DNA of 47,017 bases from a virus (lineage: Duplodnaviria; Caudoviricetes), in the IMG/VR virus record IMGVR_UViG_3300030397_000855, positions 1 to 47,017 of that record; one strand, written 5' to 3'. This document shows positions 26,583 to 36,482 of this stretch, piece by piece. Every line of letters begins with the position of its first letter. Within the stretch, counting starts at the first letter, position 1. Position numbers and translations under genes: made by a program. Below the pieces are notes generated by a model that was given only the letters and a program-made list of their open reading frames with translations, ran no database searches and was not told where the DNA came from.

Positions 26583-29500
26583 GTTACCGTCTTGGAAAAA
26601 AATATCTCAGTCTGACGAATTCCTAGAGCTCGACGAGACTAGGCAATTACAGGCATTGACGGGCTATTCGAGTCGCCTTTCTGATCAGATTGATGAGCAG
26701 GAAGATTCTGAAAAGCGGCAAGAAGATCAAATTAAGCTGTCCAGGTTCTTTCAGGAGGAGTCCTCAAAGCTCAACCGTAGAATTCTGCTCAACGATATTA
26801 TTGACGGCCAGCTAGAGTCAGGGTCTCAAGTTACTCCTATGAGTGTAATGAAGGAGTTCGAGGAGTTGATAGCTGGTGTTTCAGTGTTTAGGGCAAGGAG
26901 GAATCAGCCAAGCGGAATACAGGGAATGAGGCGAAGGCTGCCGTCTCCCGATACCGTTAAGTTTTTAAGAAATAACAGCGAAAGGATTCAGCTTCTTGAA
27001 AACTTGGAATCCAACGAGAGAAAATCCAGAGACGCATTCGGGACTCAGTTCGAGACTTTGCCTATTGGAGTTTCTGAATCAGCCCAGACAAGCATTCAGT
27101 TCCGAAGGGCTCCGCATCTAAAGAAGCGCGGCTTGATTGAGATAGCATTTCCTAATGGCGACACTGTGTTCCATGACTTCGGAAGAGAGGTGACGAGGAA
27201 GGACGTGATTGAGTTCGCTGTAAATGATGAAAATATAAGTAGGTTCCCAGACCAGTCGAGTATCATAGGAGATGACGCGGCAAGAATTCTCCAGGGGGCA
27301 GTTCAAAGCGCAGACAGGATGTCTCAAGGCGTGGAATTTTTGACGAGAAATATATTTTCAGAAATTGGCATAAGAAGTGCAATGGTGGCAAACGCCGCCC
27401 AAGATGCGCTTTCAGGAGACATTTCAGCAGAATCTATACTTGATGACGCTGAGTCGCTTGAGAGATTTATACAAGAAGAAAGAGACGCTGCAACTAGGCT
27501 TCTTAAAGAAGATGGGCCACTTTCAGGGATAGAGCAGGACATAGTTGACGCGCTTAAAACAAACCCAAGGCTGGATGCTCAGGCTCAGAGAGGGGGATTC
27601 AGGAATATCTTGCAGAGCGCGGAAGAAGGCGTTGGGCAAGTGGGAGTCAATCTGGTTACTGGAGTGGTAACCACATTGGTCGCTGGGCCACAGGCAGGTG
27701 CCACAGTCCTATTTTACGGCAACCTCGGTGAGCAAGGTCTTGTTGCTGCTCAGGACGCACTGGATCATGGGGCAACCCCGAAAGAGGCATTCGATGCCTT
27801 TGTGATAGTAGGCGGCTCTTCAGGTGCCCTAGAGACTCTAGGAGAGGTTGCGTTCGCAAGGATGGCCACGCCTTTATTTAGCGAGCTATTTAGAAAAGCG
27901 GCTCCAGCTAAATTCAAGGGATTTATCTCAGGATTTGCAAGAGGGGCGGGAACTCAGACGGCGATAGAAGTGCCAACCGAGCTGGCTCAGAATGCTTCTG
28001 CAAATCTTTATGCTGCTGAATACTATGACAACAACAGGGAGATTTTTGGAGATGTCCCTAGAGATGTCGCCGTTGTCATGTTGACTACAATTTTAACGGG
28101 TGGCGTCACTGGTGGCGCAAGGGGAATAACCGAGAACTTTGATGCTGCTGTTGAGCGAAGAACAAAGCAGCTTCAGGGAGTTAAGCCTCTGGACAAGGTT
28201 TTGACGGAGGAAGATGTAGTCGCATCTCTTCGAGAGCAGGCAGGTAGAACCGATCCCCAAGAGACGGATTCCGAATCCAATCTGGTTGAGCCCGCTGAGG
28301 TTATCGAATCACAAGAGCCTGAAGAAGCCGACCAGCCTGCTGTAGGCAGGCAGGATCAGAGCCAGGAAGTTTCAGATGCTCCAATCAACGCTGCCGACGC
28401 AATAAGCTCTTCCGATGGAGAGTTGACGGGAAGATTTACTGAGGACGGCGAGTTAGTTTCTGGGCAGATTTTGCCAGCCGATGAGTCAGGCCGAGTTTCG
28501 GTTGCTGGAAGAAGGGTTGATCCATCTCAAATAGAGCAGGTAATCGATGATCAAGGCCAGGTCATATTTGAGGCCGACAGGGGTGCTGAAATCTCTACAG
28601 ATTTGGAGAGAAGAAGGCAACTGGAAGACCTTGCTTCAGAACTGGCATCCGAGAGTTTACCTGCCGACACTCAGGGGGATAGGGCTAGTGAGATAGGAAG
28701 GAGCGTCGTCAACTTGGTTGAGTCGTTTTCATCTGGAATTGGATCGAGTTTACAGGACTTTTTGTCCAGGAACACATTTGTTCGAGGGGATTCTGATTCC
28801 ATTGCCATACCTTCTGAGGCCAGGGGATCAAATATCTCTACTGATTTTGGATCGATTTCAAATGTTTTTACAGGAATTGCTTCAGGCTCCCGTGGAGACG
28901 CATCAACACTCCTGCATGAGATCGCTCACGGCTTCAGGCGAGACCTTCAAGAATCGGACAGGCAAGAGGTTGCAAGATGGGGAGCAATCGTTTCAAGGGA
29001 CAGGGAGCTAAGAGAAGGAAATACTGAACAGGCGCAAAGATTTGATCAGATTGTTCAGTCTGTAAATAATGGAGAAACATTTGACTTTGATCAAAACAGT
29101 CCTGAGAGGCTTCAGATAGAAGAGAACTTCGCAGTCGGGTTTGAGCGATTCTTGGCAGATGGAACATTTGAAAACCCGACGCTACAGAGGATTTTTCAAA
29201 GCCTAAAAGAATTCATTTCATCGATCATATCGCCGGAATCCAGGTCTCAAATTTCAGATTCCGAGCTATCAAACCTAGCAAGCATACTAAATAATGTCTT
29301 CGTTTTACCTAACAGCGTGGCCGAGCCCCAAGCCTCAACGCAGGGACTGGAGCGATCTCAACCTGTTCGAGAAGCTGGACAGGCTCAAGGAGATCAGAGA
29401 CAGGATCAGCAGATCGAAGCCGCAGCCGACTCCGATCAGACCAACACTCAAGGATCAAATGAAAGCGCCCCCAATCAGGCCGTCGCTCAACCATCAAATC

Positions 29501-32500
29501 AACAAGCGGATGGGACAGGGCGGACAGGACAGACGCTTTTTCAAGGTGCAGCATCGGTAAAGCCCAGCACTGTAGTCAAAGGAAGCCAGAAGAAGATCAG
29601 AGACTCTTCGTTGCAGATAAGGTCTCTTGTGAACAACTCTTTGAATAAGCTTGTAACAGCCACAGGATCAATAAAGACCGAGGCGAACAAGTTTGTGATG
29701 GATGAGGTCAGACGACTGCTTTCTGATATAGCTACAGTTGGCCGAGAGAATATTTCTGAAATCAAGAGGATTGAGTCGGAGGCCGCTGCGCTTGCAAGGG
29801 ATGCAAAGAAGCAGTCAAAATCTCAGGAGGCTGAGCAGAGAAGAGCTAGGTCTGATGAGATAAAGGCTTCAAATGAGGCCCTTCAAGAAGCGGCTGATAA
29901 TATGAAGCTAGCTTTAGACTCTCTCTTAAAGCAAGGCGCATTGACTGGATACCTTGAGGCTAGAAGAATACCTAATCTGATAAGGCAGGCGATAAAAGTT
30001 CAAAAGCTGAGCGATACATTTGAGCTTTTTGATGCCATAAACACCGCTGTCGAGAACTCGAACCTCGCTTTTGTCAGGAGGAGGAAGTCCGAGATCGAAG
30101 CTGCGCAAAAGAAAGCTAAGCGACAGGGCGAGTCTTCGGTAAAAGGGCAGGTGAATGATGCCATTGAGGGCATGAAGGCATGGCTGAACTCACCCATAGT
30201 TAGAAGAAAGTTCTCAGGCATAGCTAAGAACGCGGATGTCCTGAAATTGGTAAAGCGTCTTCAGGTCGTCAAGGGCGAGGAGTCTTTGGCCAGGTGGATT
30301 GAGGAAGCGAGTGCGGTAATGAGGGACGTAGAGAGGTTTAATAACCTTTCCAAGTCTAAGGAGCTGCGCAGAAAACTCAAAGCCAGAGCGCGCTCATCCA
30401 CACTCCAGTTCGCAGATAGCGAGATTATAGGCGGCTTAACCATGCTGGAGCCGTCCAGGCTTTGCTGTATCGACTACGGAAAACCCACTCCCAAGTCAGG
30501 TGACTCTGCTGAGTTTGTATCAGGCGTTGTGGACTCTCTGAGGCTTTACAATGAAATAGCTGAAAATCAGCTTTCTTCCTCTAGGGGTAGGAAGGCTCGA
30601 CATTCAAGAGAGTTCATATCTGACTTCATTCAAAGAGCGAGCGTCGAGCAAGAACGTCAAAGGATCGATAGGGCATTCAGAATGTATGGCGACGTGCAGC
30701 AAGATGACAGGATGTCTGATCACTTGGAGAAGTTCGGGCTAGATTTAAGGCCAACCACTCCTCCGAGCACGGTCGTAGGCATAATCTCCAGAGACATGCC
30801 GTTGCGTGAGATCACGCAGAGAATATCAGCATATGAGTCCTTCCTTGCTGAAGGAGAAACGAAGGAGAGCCCTACGACCAGAATGCTGTCATCCGCCTCT
30901 GAGCTTGTATCCGAGCTTTCTGAAATATCTAAATCTCCAGAAAAGCCTTGGGGTAAGTCGAACCAGCATTTCGTTGATTCTATCCTGTCTTTGCGGCTTG
31001 ATGACAAATCGTATGGGGAGCTTCAGTCAATATCCAACATTGTTCTTGGGATAATTGAGAACGGAGACTTTTCAAATGCTGGCTATGCGGAAGTTCTTCA
31101 CGATGCCGAGCAAGCCATCGATAATATCAGAGGTCTTGCCGAAAGATTCCCTGACGCAACCGCTTTCAATAATCACATTACTGGCGAGCGCGAGCTTGGC
31201 GAGGCTGCGAACAGGCTGTCCTCCATTCAATCTCAAACAAGAAATCTGACGCAGTTCACTAGAGGCTTGGCGTCTTACCGCGAGTTTGGAGATGCGTTCA
31301 TGGCGGCAGTCACTCAAAAGTGGAGAAATAATGTGGCTCGCGCAGAGAAGAAGATCATCGACTTTAACGCTAGACTTCTCAAGGTTTCTGATGGGATAAG
31401 GACGAGAACGGATGATACCGACATAGGGGTCTTTGCATTTATAAATCAGCACAGGGGCGGCGATGCAGAATCTCGGAATGCCGTTGCGGTTGAATCGCAA
31501 GCTTTACTTAGGCAGTCGATCCTGAACATGAAGAATAGTAACTCTTTACCCTCGAAGAGAGCTACGGGATTCAAGCAAAAGATTAAAGACACGCTCTCAT
31601 TGACACAAAGGCAAGACCTAGCCACGCTCGCAGACCATTACGTCGAGAGGTATTCCCAGCTTACTGGAAGGAATATCTTAGACCCTGAGCAAGATGTCTC
31701 GACATTTGAAGAGCTTGTTGAAGGAGTCAAGTTGCCGAAGCGTCTGCGCGACGTTTACGATTTTTGGGTAGCTGAGGCCAAAGCTATTGAGCCAGATTTG
31801 AAGGCGAACACAGAGGCTTTCAAGAATAGCACATTCGACTCTTGGGTAAATTATTCTCCAAGGAAGACCAGGAAGGTTGGCAGAAATGAGAGCAGGGACA
31901 TTGACGCTCACTTCATAAATCCGAGCAATTTCTCGCCGATTGAAAGCGGCTATGTGAACACTAGGAATACGATAGGGACTCGTCGGTATTATAATTTGTC
32001 CTTTGCTTCATCGATAATGTCTGCGTATCGGGAGATGCAAATGGACATTCATACTGAGAAAGACACTCAAGTGCTGTCGGCAGTCACCTCCACAGATGAG
32101 CTTCACCAAGTTATCGGGCAAGAGAATACCTCCATGATAATCAATAGACTGAGGTTTACTCACGTCTCAGACCGAAGCTTTGGACAAGACCCATTCAGTG
32201 ATCCTAATTCAGTGCCTAGCAGGGGGCTGATGCTTATCAGGAGTGCGACGCGATTATTCGTCAGGACTCAATTGAACGGCGTGAGCCAGTTCCCTAAGCA
32301 AGTGATACCAATCTGGTCTGATCTTTTCGCTAAGGAACCTAAAGCATTTTCTTATGTGGTGTCGCATGACAGCGAGCTTTTTTCGGAGCTTGAGTCAGGC
32401 AGAGGAGATTCCTCTAGCATATCTACGGCTATGACTGACTTCCTTGCAGAGAATGCTCCAGGTCTTTCGATAAGGGCTCCATCTGACGTGATTGATATAA

Positions 32501-33564
32501 CAGGCAGGCTTGATAGGTTTGAGCAAGACTCGACAATCGCGCAGTTTTTGAACTACGGAATAGGAACCTCTGAGAAAGTTTCAACCCTATTCACCAAGCC
32601 GCTGGTTCTTGGGGATCACGTTGCTTCAAGACACTCAGTCTTGACGTTTTATTTAGGCGAAATGCTTAGGACTGGAAAGATGTCAGACCTTTCGGATGAC
32701 AGCGTGCTTAACGCGCTTCAGAATCCAGACGCCGAGGCTGTTCAGTTCGCGCTGAGCGAGCAGGACAATCAAAACAATGTATCGAGTGGGGCAGAGCGAG
32801 GAACTGCTTTTCAGCCCGATGTTGGCAGCCTTCCGTCGATAGCTATAAACCAATTGTTCACACTCAGAAGGCAGACGGTAAACAACGGCCTTGAGTTCTG
32901 GAGAAGGGTGGGAAACCTGGTTGATACTGATATAAACAGGGCGGAGAATCTGCGATGGATCATGGGATACTACGCCCAAAGCCTGACATTCAATGTCACA
33001 GCGCACATTCTCAGGGCAGCGGCAATATCATGGGCAGCCTCTACGGTTGCCAATCTTGACGACCTTTCCGAGGAAGACGAAGAAGAGTGGAATAGTCTCT
33101 ACAATAGGGGATTCCGGTCTATAGCAAACACCGTAACTGATCCCTTTACAATGCCAGCCGGAATACCAGGAGAGCTTGTTGTCGAGCACGCCACTGATGA
33201 CACTTTCAAGTTCATAGATTCGGCGGTAAAGGACAATGAGTCATTTGCGAATGAACTACTTGGTGATGGCGCACTTGCGCCACCGGAAGGAAGTAGCTAT
33301 GTTGATCCATTCTTCTTGCGATCTCAGTCTAGCAAAAGTGACATTGAATCGTTTGGAACCTTTGGGTTTGCATTTGACGCAGCCAGGAACGGAATTTCAT
33401 TCGGAGCTGAGGCTACCAATTTTATGGTTGATCCTACGGGAGATAACGCTAAGCGAGCAGCCCTTTCTTCATTTGTGATACTTCATTCTATGGGATTATT
33501 CGAGAAGGATGCTGCATCCGTAGCAAAACAGGCCCTAAGAAAGATTGAGAGAGCCGAAGAATAG
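26572..33564 (+). CDS. Giant (2330 aa) internal virion / polyvalent protein with a zincin-like metallopeptidase domain
   Basis: TLLHEIAH (HExxH, 28915-28929) and downstream EENFA (29119); hydrophobic Gly/Ala helices at about aa 355-520; start MASELPSW at 26572. Confidence 0.75.
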   Translation: MASELPSWKKISQSDEFLELDETRQLQALTGYSSRLSDQIDEQEDSEKRQEDQIKLSRFFQEESSKLNRRILLNDIIDGQLESGSQVTPMSVMKEFEELIAGVSVFRARRNQPSGIQGMRRRLPSPDTVKFLRNNSERIQLLENLESNERKSRDAFGTQFETLPIGVSESAQTSIQFRRAPHLKKRGLIEIAFPNGDTVFHDFGREVTRKDVIEFAVNDENISRFPDQSSIIGDDAARILQGAVQSADRMSQGVEFLTRNIFSEIGIRSAMVANAAQDALSGDISAESILDDAESLERFIQEERDAATRLLKEDGPLSGIEQDIVDALKTNPRLDAQAQRGGFRNILQSAEEGVGQVGVNLVTGVVTTLVAGPQAGATVLFYGNLGEQGLVAAQDALDHGATPKEAFDAFVIVGGSSGALETLGEVAFARMATPLFSELFRKAAPAKFKGFISGFARGAGTQTAIEVPTELAQNASANLYAAEYYDNNREIFGDVPRDVAVVMLTTILTGGVTGGARGITENFDAAVERRTKQLQGVKPLDKVLTEEDVVASLREQAGRTDPQETDSESNLVEPAEVIESQEPEEADQPAVGRQDQSQEVSDAPINAADAISSSDGELTGRFTEDGELVSGQILPADESGRVSVAGRRVDPSQIEQVIDDQGQVIFEADRGAEISTDLERRRQLEDLASELASESLPADTQGDRASEIGRSVVNLVESFSSGIGSSLQDFLSRNTFVRGDSDSIAIPSEARGSNISTDFGSISNVFTGIASGSRGDASTLLHEIAHGFRRDLQESDRQEVARWGAIVSRDRELREGNTEQAQRFDQIVQSVNNGETFDFDQNSPERLQIEENFAVGFERFLADGTFENPTLQRIFQSLKEFISSIISPESRSQISDSELSNLASILNNVFVLPNSVAEPQASTQGLERSQPVREAGQAQGDQRQDQQIEAAADSDQTNTQGSNESAPNQAVAQPSNQQADGTGRTGQTLFQGAASVKPSTVVKGSQKKIRDSSLQIRSLVNNSLNKLVTATGSIKTEANKFVMDEVRRLLSDIATVGRENISEIKRIESEAAALARDAKKQSKSQEAEQRRARSDEIKASNEALQEAADNMKLALDSLLKQGALTGYLEARRIPNLIRQAIKVQKLSDTFELFDAINTAVENSNLAFVRRRKSEIEAAQKKAKRQGESSVKGQVNDAIEGMKAWLNSPIVRRKFSGIAKNADVLKLVKRLQVVKGEESLARWIEEASAVMRDVERFNNLSKSKELRRKLKARARSSTLQFADSEIIGGLTMLEPSRLCCIDYGKPTPKSGDSAEFVSGVVDSLRLYNEIAENQLSSSRGRKARHSREFISDFIQRASVEQERQRIDRAFRMYGDVQQDDRMSDHLEKFGLDLRPTTPPSTVVGIISRDMPLREITQRISAYESFLAEGETKESPTTRMLSSASELVSELSEISKSPEKPWGKSNQHFVDSILSLRLDDKSYGELQSISNIVLGIIENGDFSNAGYAEVLHDAEQAIDNIRGLAERFPDATAFNNHITGERELGEAANRLSSIQSQTRNLTQFTRGLASYREFGDAFMAAVTQKWRNNVARAEKKIIDFNARLLKVSDGIRTRTDDTDIGVFAFINQHRGGDAESRNAVAVESQALLRQSILNMKNSNSLPSKRATGFKQKIKDTLSLTQRQDLATLADHYVERYSQLTGRNILDPEQDVSTFEELVEGVKLPKRLRDVYDFWVAEAKAIEPDLKANTEAFKNSTFDSWVNYSPRKTRKVGRNESRDIDAHFINPSNFSPIESGYVNTRNTIGTRRYYNLSFASSIMSAYREMQMDIHTEKDTQVLSAVTSTDELHQVIGQENTSMIINRLRFTHVSDRSFGQDPFSDPNSVPSRGLMLIRSATRLFVRTQLNGVSQFPKQVIPIWSDLFAKEPKAFSYVVSHDSELFSELESGRGDSSSISTAMTDFLAENAPGLSIRAPSDVIDITGRLDRFEQDSTIAQFLNYGIGTSEKVSTLFTKPLVLGDHVASRHSVLTFYLGEMLRTGKMSDLSDDSVLNALQNPDAEAVQFALSEQDNQNNVSSGAERGTAFQPDVGSLPSIAINQLFTLRRQTVNNGLEFWRRVGNLVDTDINRAENLRWIMGYYAQSLTFNVTAHILRAAAISWAASTVANLDDLSEEDEEEWNSLYNRGFRSIANTVTDPFTMPAGIPGELVVEHATDDTFKFIDSAVKDNESFANELLGDGALAPPEGSSYVDPFFLRSQSSKSDIESFGTFGFAFDAARNGISFGAEATNFMVDPTGDNAKRAALSSFVILHSMGLFEKDAASVAKQALRKIERAEE

Positions 33565-33580
33565 TGGTTCAAACATAAAA

Positions 33581-33859
33581 ATGAAGCGATCCCCGCTGAA
33601 GCAGAGATCAGTAAAACAGCAAGACGTTCAAGATAAATACGTTTTGGCAGCAGTTGATTTCTGTATCGATAGGACTCATTGTGAGAAATGCCACAGGTTT
33701 CTTGGGGAAGAGTTCATTGCTGGCACAGTTCATCACAAGAAGGGCAGGGGCATTTACACTGCGGACAGAACTACATTTATGAGGGTTTGCATCCCATGCC
33801 ATAACTACATAGAAAACAACAAGAGTTGGGCTAGAAAAATGGGATATATTCAATATTAA
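33581..33859 (+). CDS. HNH endonuclease-like protein
   Basis: CEKC...VHHKKGRG...VCIPCHNYIE; start MKRSPLK at 33581. Confidence 0.85.
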   Translation: MKRSPLKQRSVKQQDVQDKYVLAAVDFCIDRTHCEKCHRFLGEEFIAGTVHHKKGRGIYTADRTTFMRVCIPCHNYIENNKSWARKMGYIQY

Positions 33860-33871
33860 GTATTTTTTTTC

Positions 33872-33901
33872 TTGCCGAAGTTCACGTTTTGGTATTATAT
33901 T
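33872..33901 (+). promoter_or_regulatory. Sigma70-type promoter, leaderless transcript
   Basis: T-tract, TTGCCG (33872-77), TATATT (33896-33901); ATG at 33908 is 7 nt downstream. Confidence 0.55.
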
Positions 33902-33907
33902 TCACAC

Positions 33908-34339
33908 ATGCCAACGAAAAAGGTTTCTGCGAAAAAGCCGGACGAGTCTTCGGATTCAACTCAAGAAAGTCAATCGCCAACGCTCGAACAGCAGGTTGAG
34001 GAGCTTCGCAAGACTGTCGCAGAGCAATCGGAAGCCATCTCTGCGCTTATCGTCAAGGCATCCGCGCTTGAGGAGATCATCGCAAGACAGCAGTCAATCG
34101 CATCAGCGATTGAGCAGGCAGGCAACGTCATTGCCGCCTCAACGGCAATGGCCGTCCAGACACAGTTCGAGTTGGCACTCCCTCACGGATCGGCTGGATT
34201 GAGAGAGTGGGTCGCAAACCCAAACCGGAACGATCCTCCATTCACCCACATTGTTGAGGGTGCAGCGAATTTGGTTAGCGGAATGAGGGCGACTTGCGCC
34301 GAGCCTCCGAAACCCGAAGAAAATGATGAATCTGACTAA
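33908..34339 (+). CDS. Coiled-coil hypothetical protein
   Basis: Start MPTKKVSAKK; heptad repeat LEQQVEELRKTVAEQ. Confidence 0.65.
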   Translation: MPTKKVSAKKPDESSDSTQESQSPTLEQQVEELRKTVAEQSEAISALIVKASALEEIIARQQSIASAIEQAGNVIAASTAMAVQTQFELALPHGSAGLREWVANPNRNDPPFTHIVEGAANLVSGMRATCAEPPKPEENDESD

Positions 34340-35270
34340 CAAGCACGGGCTACCGGCCTCTCTTGTTTCGATTCTCCAAAATGATACCTACCGAGTCCAG
34401 ATAGACGATCCTGCATTACAGGCTCTCGTTGAATCTGGGGATCATATTTCCGTCACGTCCTTGATTAAGGGCGAGAAGGAAGCTGAGCTACAGAGTAGGC
34501 ATTATCGGGAGGTTGAGCGAGATGTTACTGACAGGATATGGACTCTTGAAGGCCAAGCCTGGCACGCGATGTTCGAGTCCACTTTTAGGGAAATGCCTCA
34601 CGTCATGGTGGAGCTAAGGTCTGGCGTGGTCGTTGATGGATACGCGATTACCGGTCAGTGCGACCTATACAACTCTTCTAGCGGTCAACTTGTTGATTTC
34701 AAAAGGACTAGTGTGTCGAAGGCAGGAAAGCAAAAGGAGCATGAGATTCAGCTAAACCTGAACGCATACCTTATAAGAAAGCAGCGCGGGCTCCCCGTGA
34801 AGAGCCTTGAGATATGGCAGCTTTTCAGGGATTGGAAGAAGACACTAGTTAGGGATGGATACCCTGACTGCGCATTCAAGACAGTGCCTTATGAGATGTG
34901 GTCTGATTCAGATTGCGAGTCCTACATTGCAGAGAAGGTTCGCCGGAGAAAGCAATGCGAGGGTCTGGAAGATGACGAAATTAAAGAGTGCTCAAAGTCG
35001 GAGAGATGGCAATCGTCCACTAAGATTCTTCTTTTTTCCTACAAGAAAGGCAGCACTGAACTAGGAGCAAAGCCATGTAAGGTTGCCTATTCTATGGAGG
35101 AAATAGAATCTTATAAGGCAGCGAACTCTCACTACAAGGATCAGACCCCGAAGATTTACGCGCCAGTTCAATACTCTGAGGGGAAGCCTGTGAAATGTCT
35201 TGGATACTGCGACGTGGCCCAGTTCTGTCACTTTGGAAGAGCAGCAATTGAAAAGTATGGAGCCAACTGA
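34323..35270 (+). CDS. PD-(D/E)XK exonuclease, Cas4-like
   Basis: ISVTSLI, GQAWH, GQCDLY, VDFKRT, QLNLNAYL and C-terminal C..YCDVAQFC cluster. Confidence 0.85.
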   Translation: MMNLTNKHGLPASLVSILQNDTYRVQIDDPALQALVESGDHISVTSLIKGEKEAELQSRHYREVERDVTDRIWTLEGQAWHAMFESTFREMPHVMVELRSGVVVDGYAITGQCDLYNSSSGQLVDFKRTSVSKAGKQKEHEIQLNLNAYLIRKQRGLPVKSLEIWQLFRDWKKTLVRDGYPDCAFKTVPYEMWSDSDCESYIAEKVRRRKQCEGLEDDEIKECSKSERWQSSTKILLFSYKKGSTELGAKPCKVAYSMEEIESYKAANSHYKDQTPKIYAPVQYSEGKPVKCLGYCDVAQFCHFGRAAIEKYGAN

Positions 35271-36468
35271 TGTCCAATGCCCTCATTGTTCAGAAAATCT
35301 TTTTTACGATGCAGATTCAGATTACAAGCAGGGCGAGCAATGTGAATACTGCGAGTTGTATTGCTGTGATTGCTCCCTATACTGCAAGGCTTGCGGAAAG
35401 TTTGCTTTAAGGAGATTCATTTCAAAACTTCAAGGAAGTTCCTCAACTAAAAATCAACGAATTATGACTATAGAAGAAGCATTAAGACAATTCGACGAAG
35501 GCTCGTCGTCCGTAACAATACTCACCTGCAAGGTTAAGCAGTGCTTTGCGCCAAGGCAGGGCAAGAGCAAGCTTAACAAGCAGGCGATACTAACCACACT
35601 GGACGGCAGCCAGGAAGTGAAGCTTGCAATGTGGGGCGAAGAGTGCTGCAACTGCGACGGAAGCATGTTCCTGAACAACGCCAAGGGCATGGTAGTCACC
35701 TTGCATTTTGACGGAAAGGGCGCGATCGTTCAGGAATACAAGGGCAATAAGTCGATAAACGCAAACGAGGCTTTCACAGCCAAGGAGGGCGCGATAGCTA
35801 CCACTCAAGGCGCAACGAAAGCCACACAGAGAGCGTCGTCAACTGCGTCGGATTCCGCTCAGCAGTCCGTGCATCAAATAGCCACAGGAGACGAGCTTAT
35901 ATCGCTCTTGGTTAGAATAAGAAAAGCCTGCACCCAGCCAGCGAAAGAAATCGTTGCCGAGCAGTGCCAGGGTAACGGCGGCACTGGAGTTGACAATGCC
36001 CAAAGACTGCAAGCTGAGCAGTCTGAAGCCAAGAGTCTTTTCATTTATGCAATGGCCAATGGCGCGTTGAATCTATTCAACAGGAAGTCATGGCAGGAAT
36101 ACACTGACTCAGAGGGGGTTCGACTCGACGAAAGGACGCCGCTTGAGATCGCAATACACTACGGGAAATACTTGTCCCTAAGTGACGAGCAGAAAAAACT
36201 TCCCATTTGCCAGGCTCTTGTCGAGGCTAAGGATGCGCTATGCAAGGAGAATTGGAAAGAGCTTTTGGGAAACTATGCCTGCGAAGAAGCGGGCTTCTCC
36301 TTAGACGACTTTAACTCGGATTTCTCTGCACTTGACGAGGTGTTCAAGGGCGTGAAAGGCTTCTCAGACATGTCTGAGAGTCAGATGAAACACTTCACTG
36401 ATAATGCTGAGCTTTTCGCAGAGGCGATTCAGAACGGCGTTGAAAGCGAGGACGAAATACCATTCTAA
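35257..36468 (+). CDS. Cys-rich Zn-finger fused to an OB-fold single-stranded DNA-binding protein
   Basis: N-terminal CPHC/CEYC/CCDC/CKAC; OB-like DGSQEVKLAMWG...GMVV...QEYKG; C-terminal EDEIPF tail; possible second start at 35464. Confidence 0.6.
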   Translation: MEPTDVQCPHCSENLFYDADSDYKQGEQCEYCELYCCDCSLYCKACGKFALRRFISKLQGSSSTKNQRIMTIEEALRQFDEGSSSVTILTCKVKQCFAPRQGKSKLNKQAILTTLDGSQEVKLAMWGEECCNCDGSMFLNNAKGMVVTLHFDGKGAIVQEYKGNKSINANEAFTAKEGAIATTQGATKATQRASSTASDSAQQSVHQIATGDELISLLVRIRKACTQPAKEIVAEQCQGNGGTGVDNAQRLQAEQSEAKSLFIYAMANGALNLFNRKSWQEYTDSEGVRLDERTPLEIAIHYGKYLSLSDEQKKLPICQALVEAKDALCKENWKELLGNYACEEAGFSLDDFNSDFSALDEVFKGVKGFSDMSESQMKHFTDNAELFAEAIQNGVESEDEIPF

Positions 36469-36482
36469 CCAAAGGAGAACAC

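Noticed and set aside
34323-35270. Cas4-like gene as part of a CRISPR-Cas system
   Set aside because: No array or other cas genes; solo Cas4-like nucleases are common in phage recombination modules
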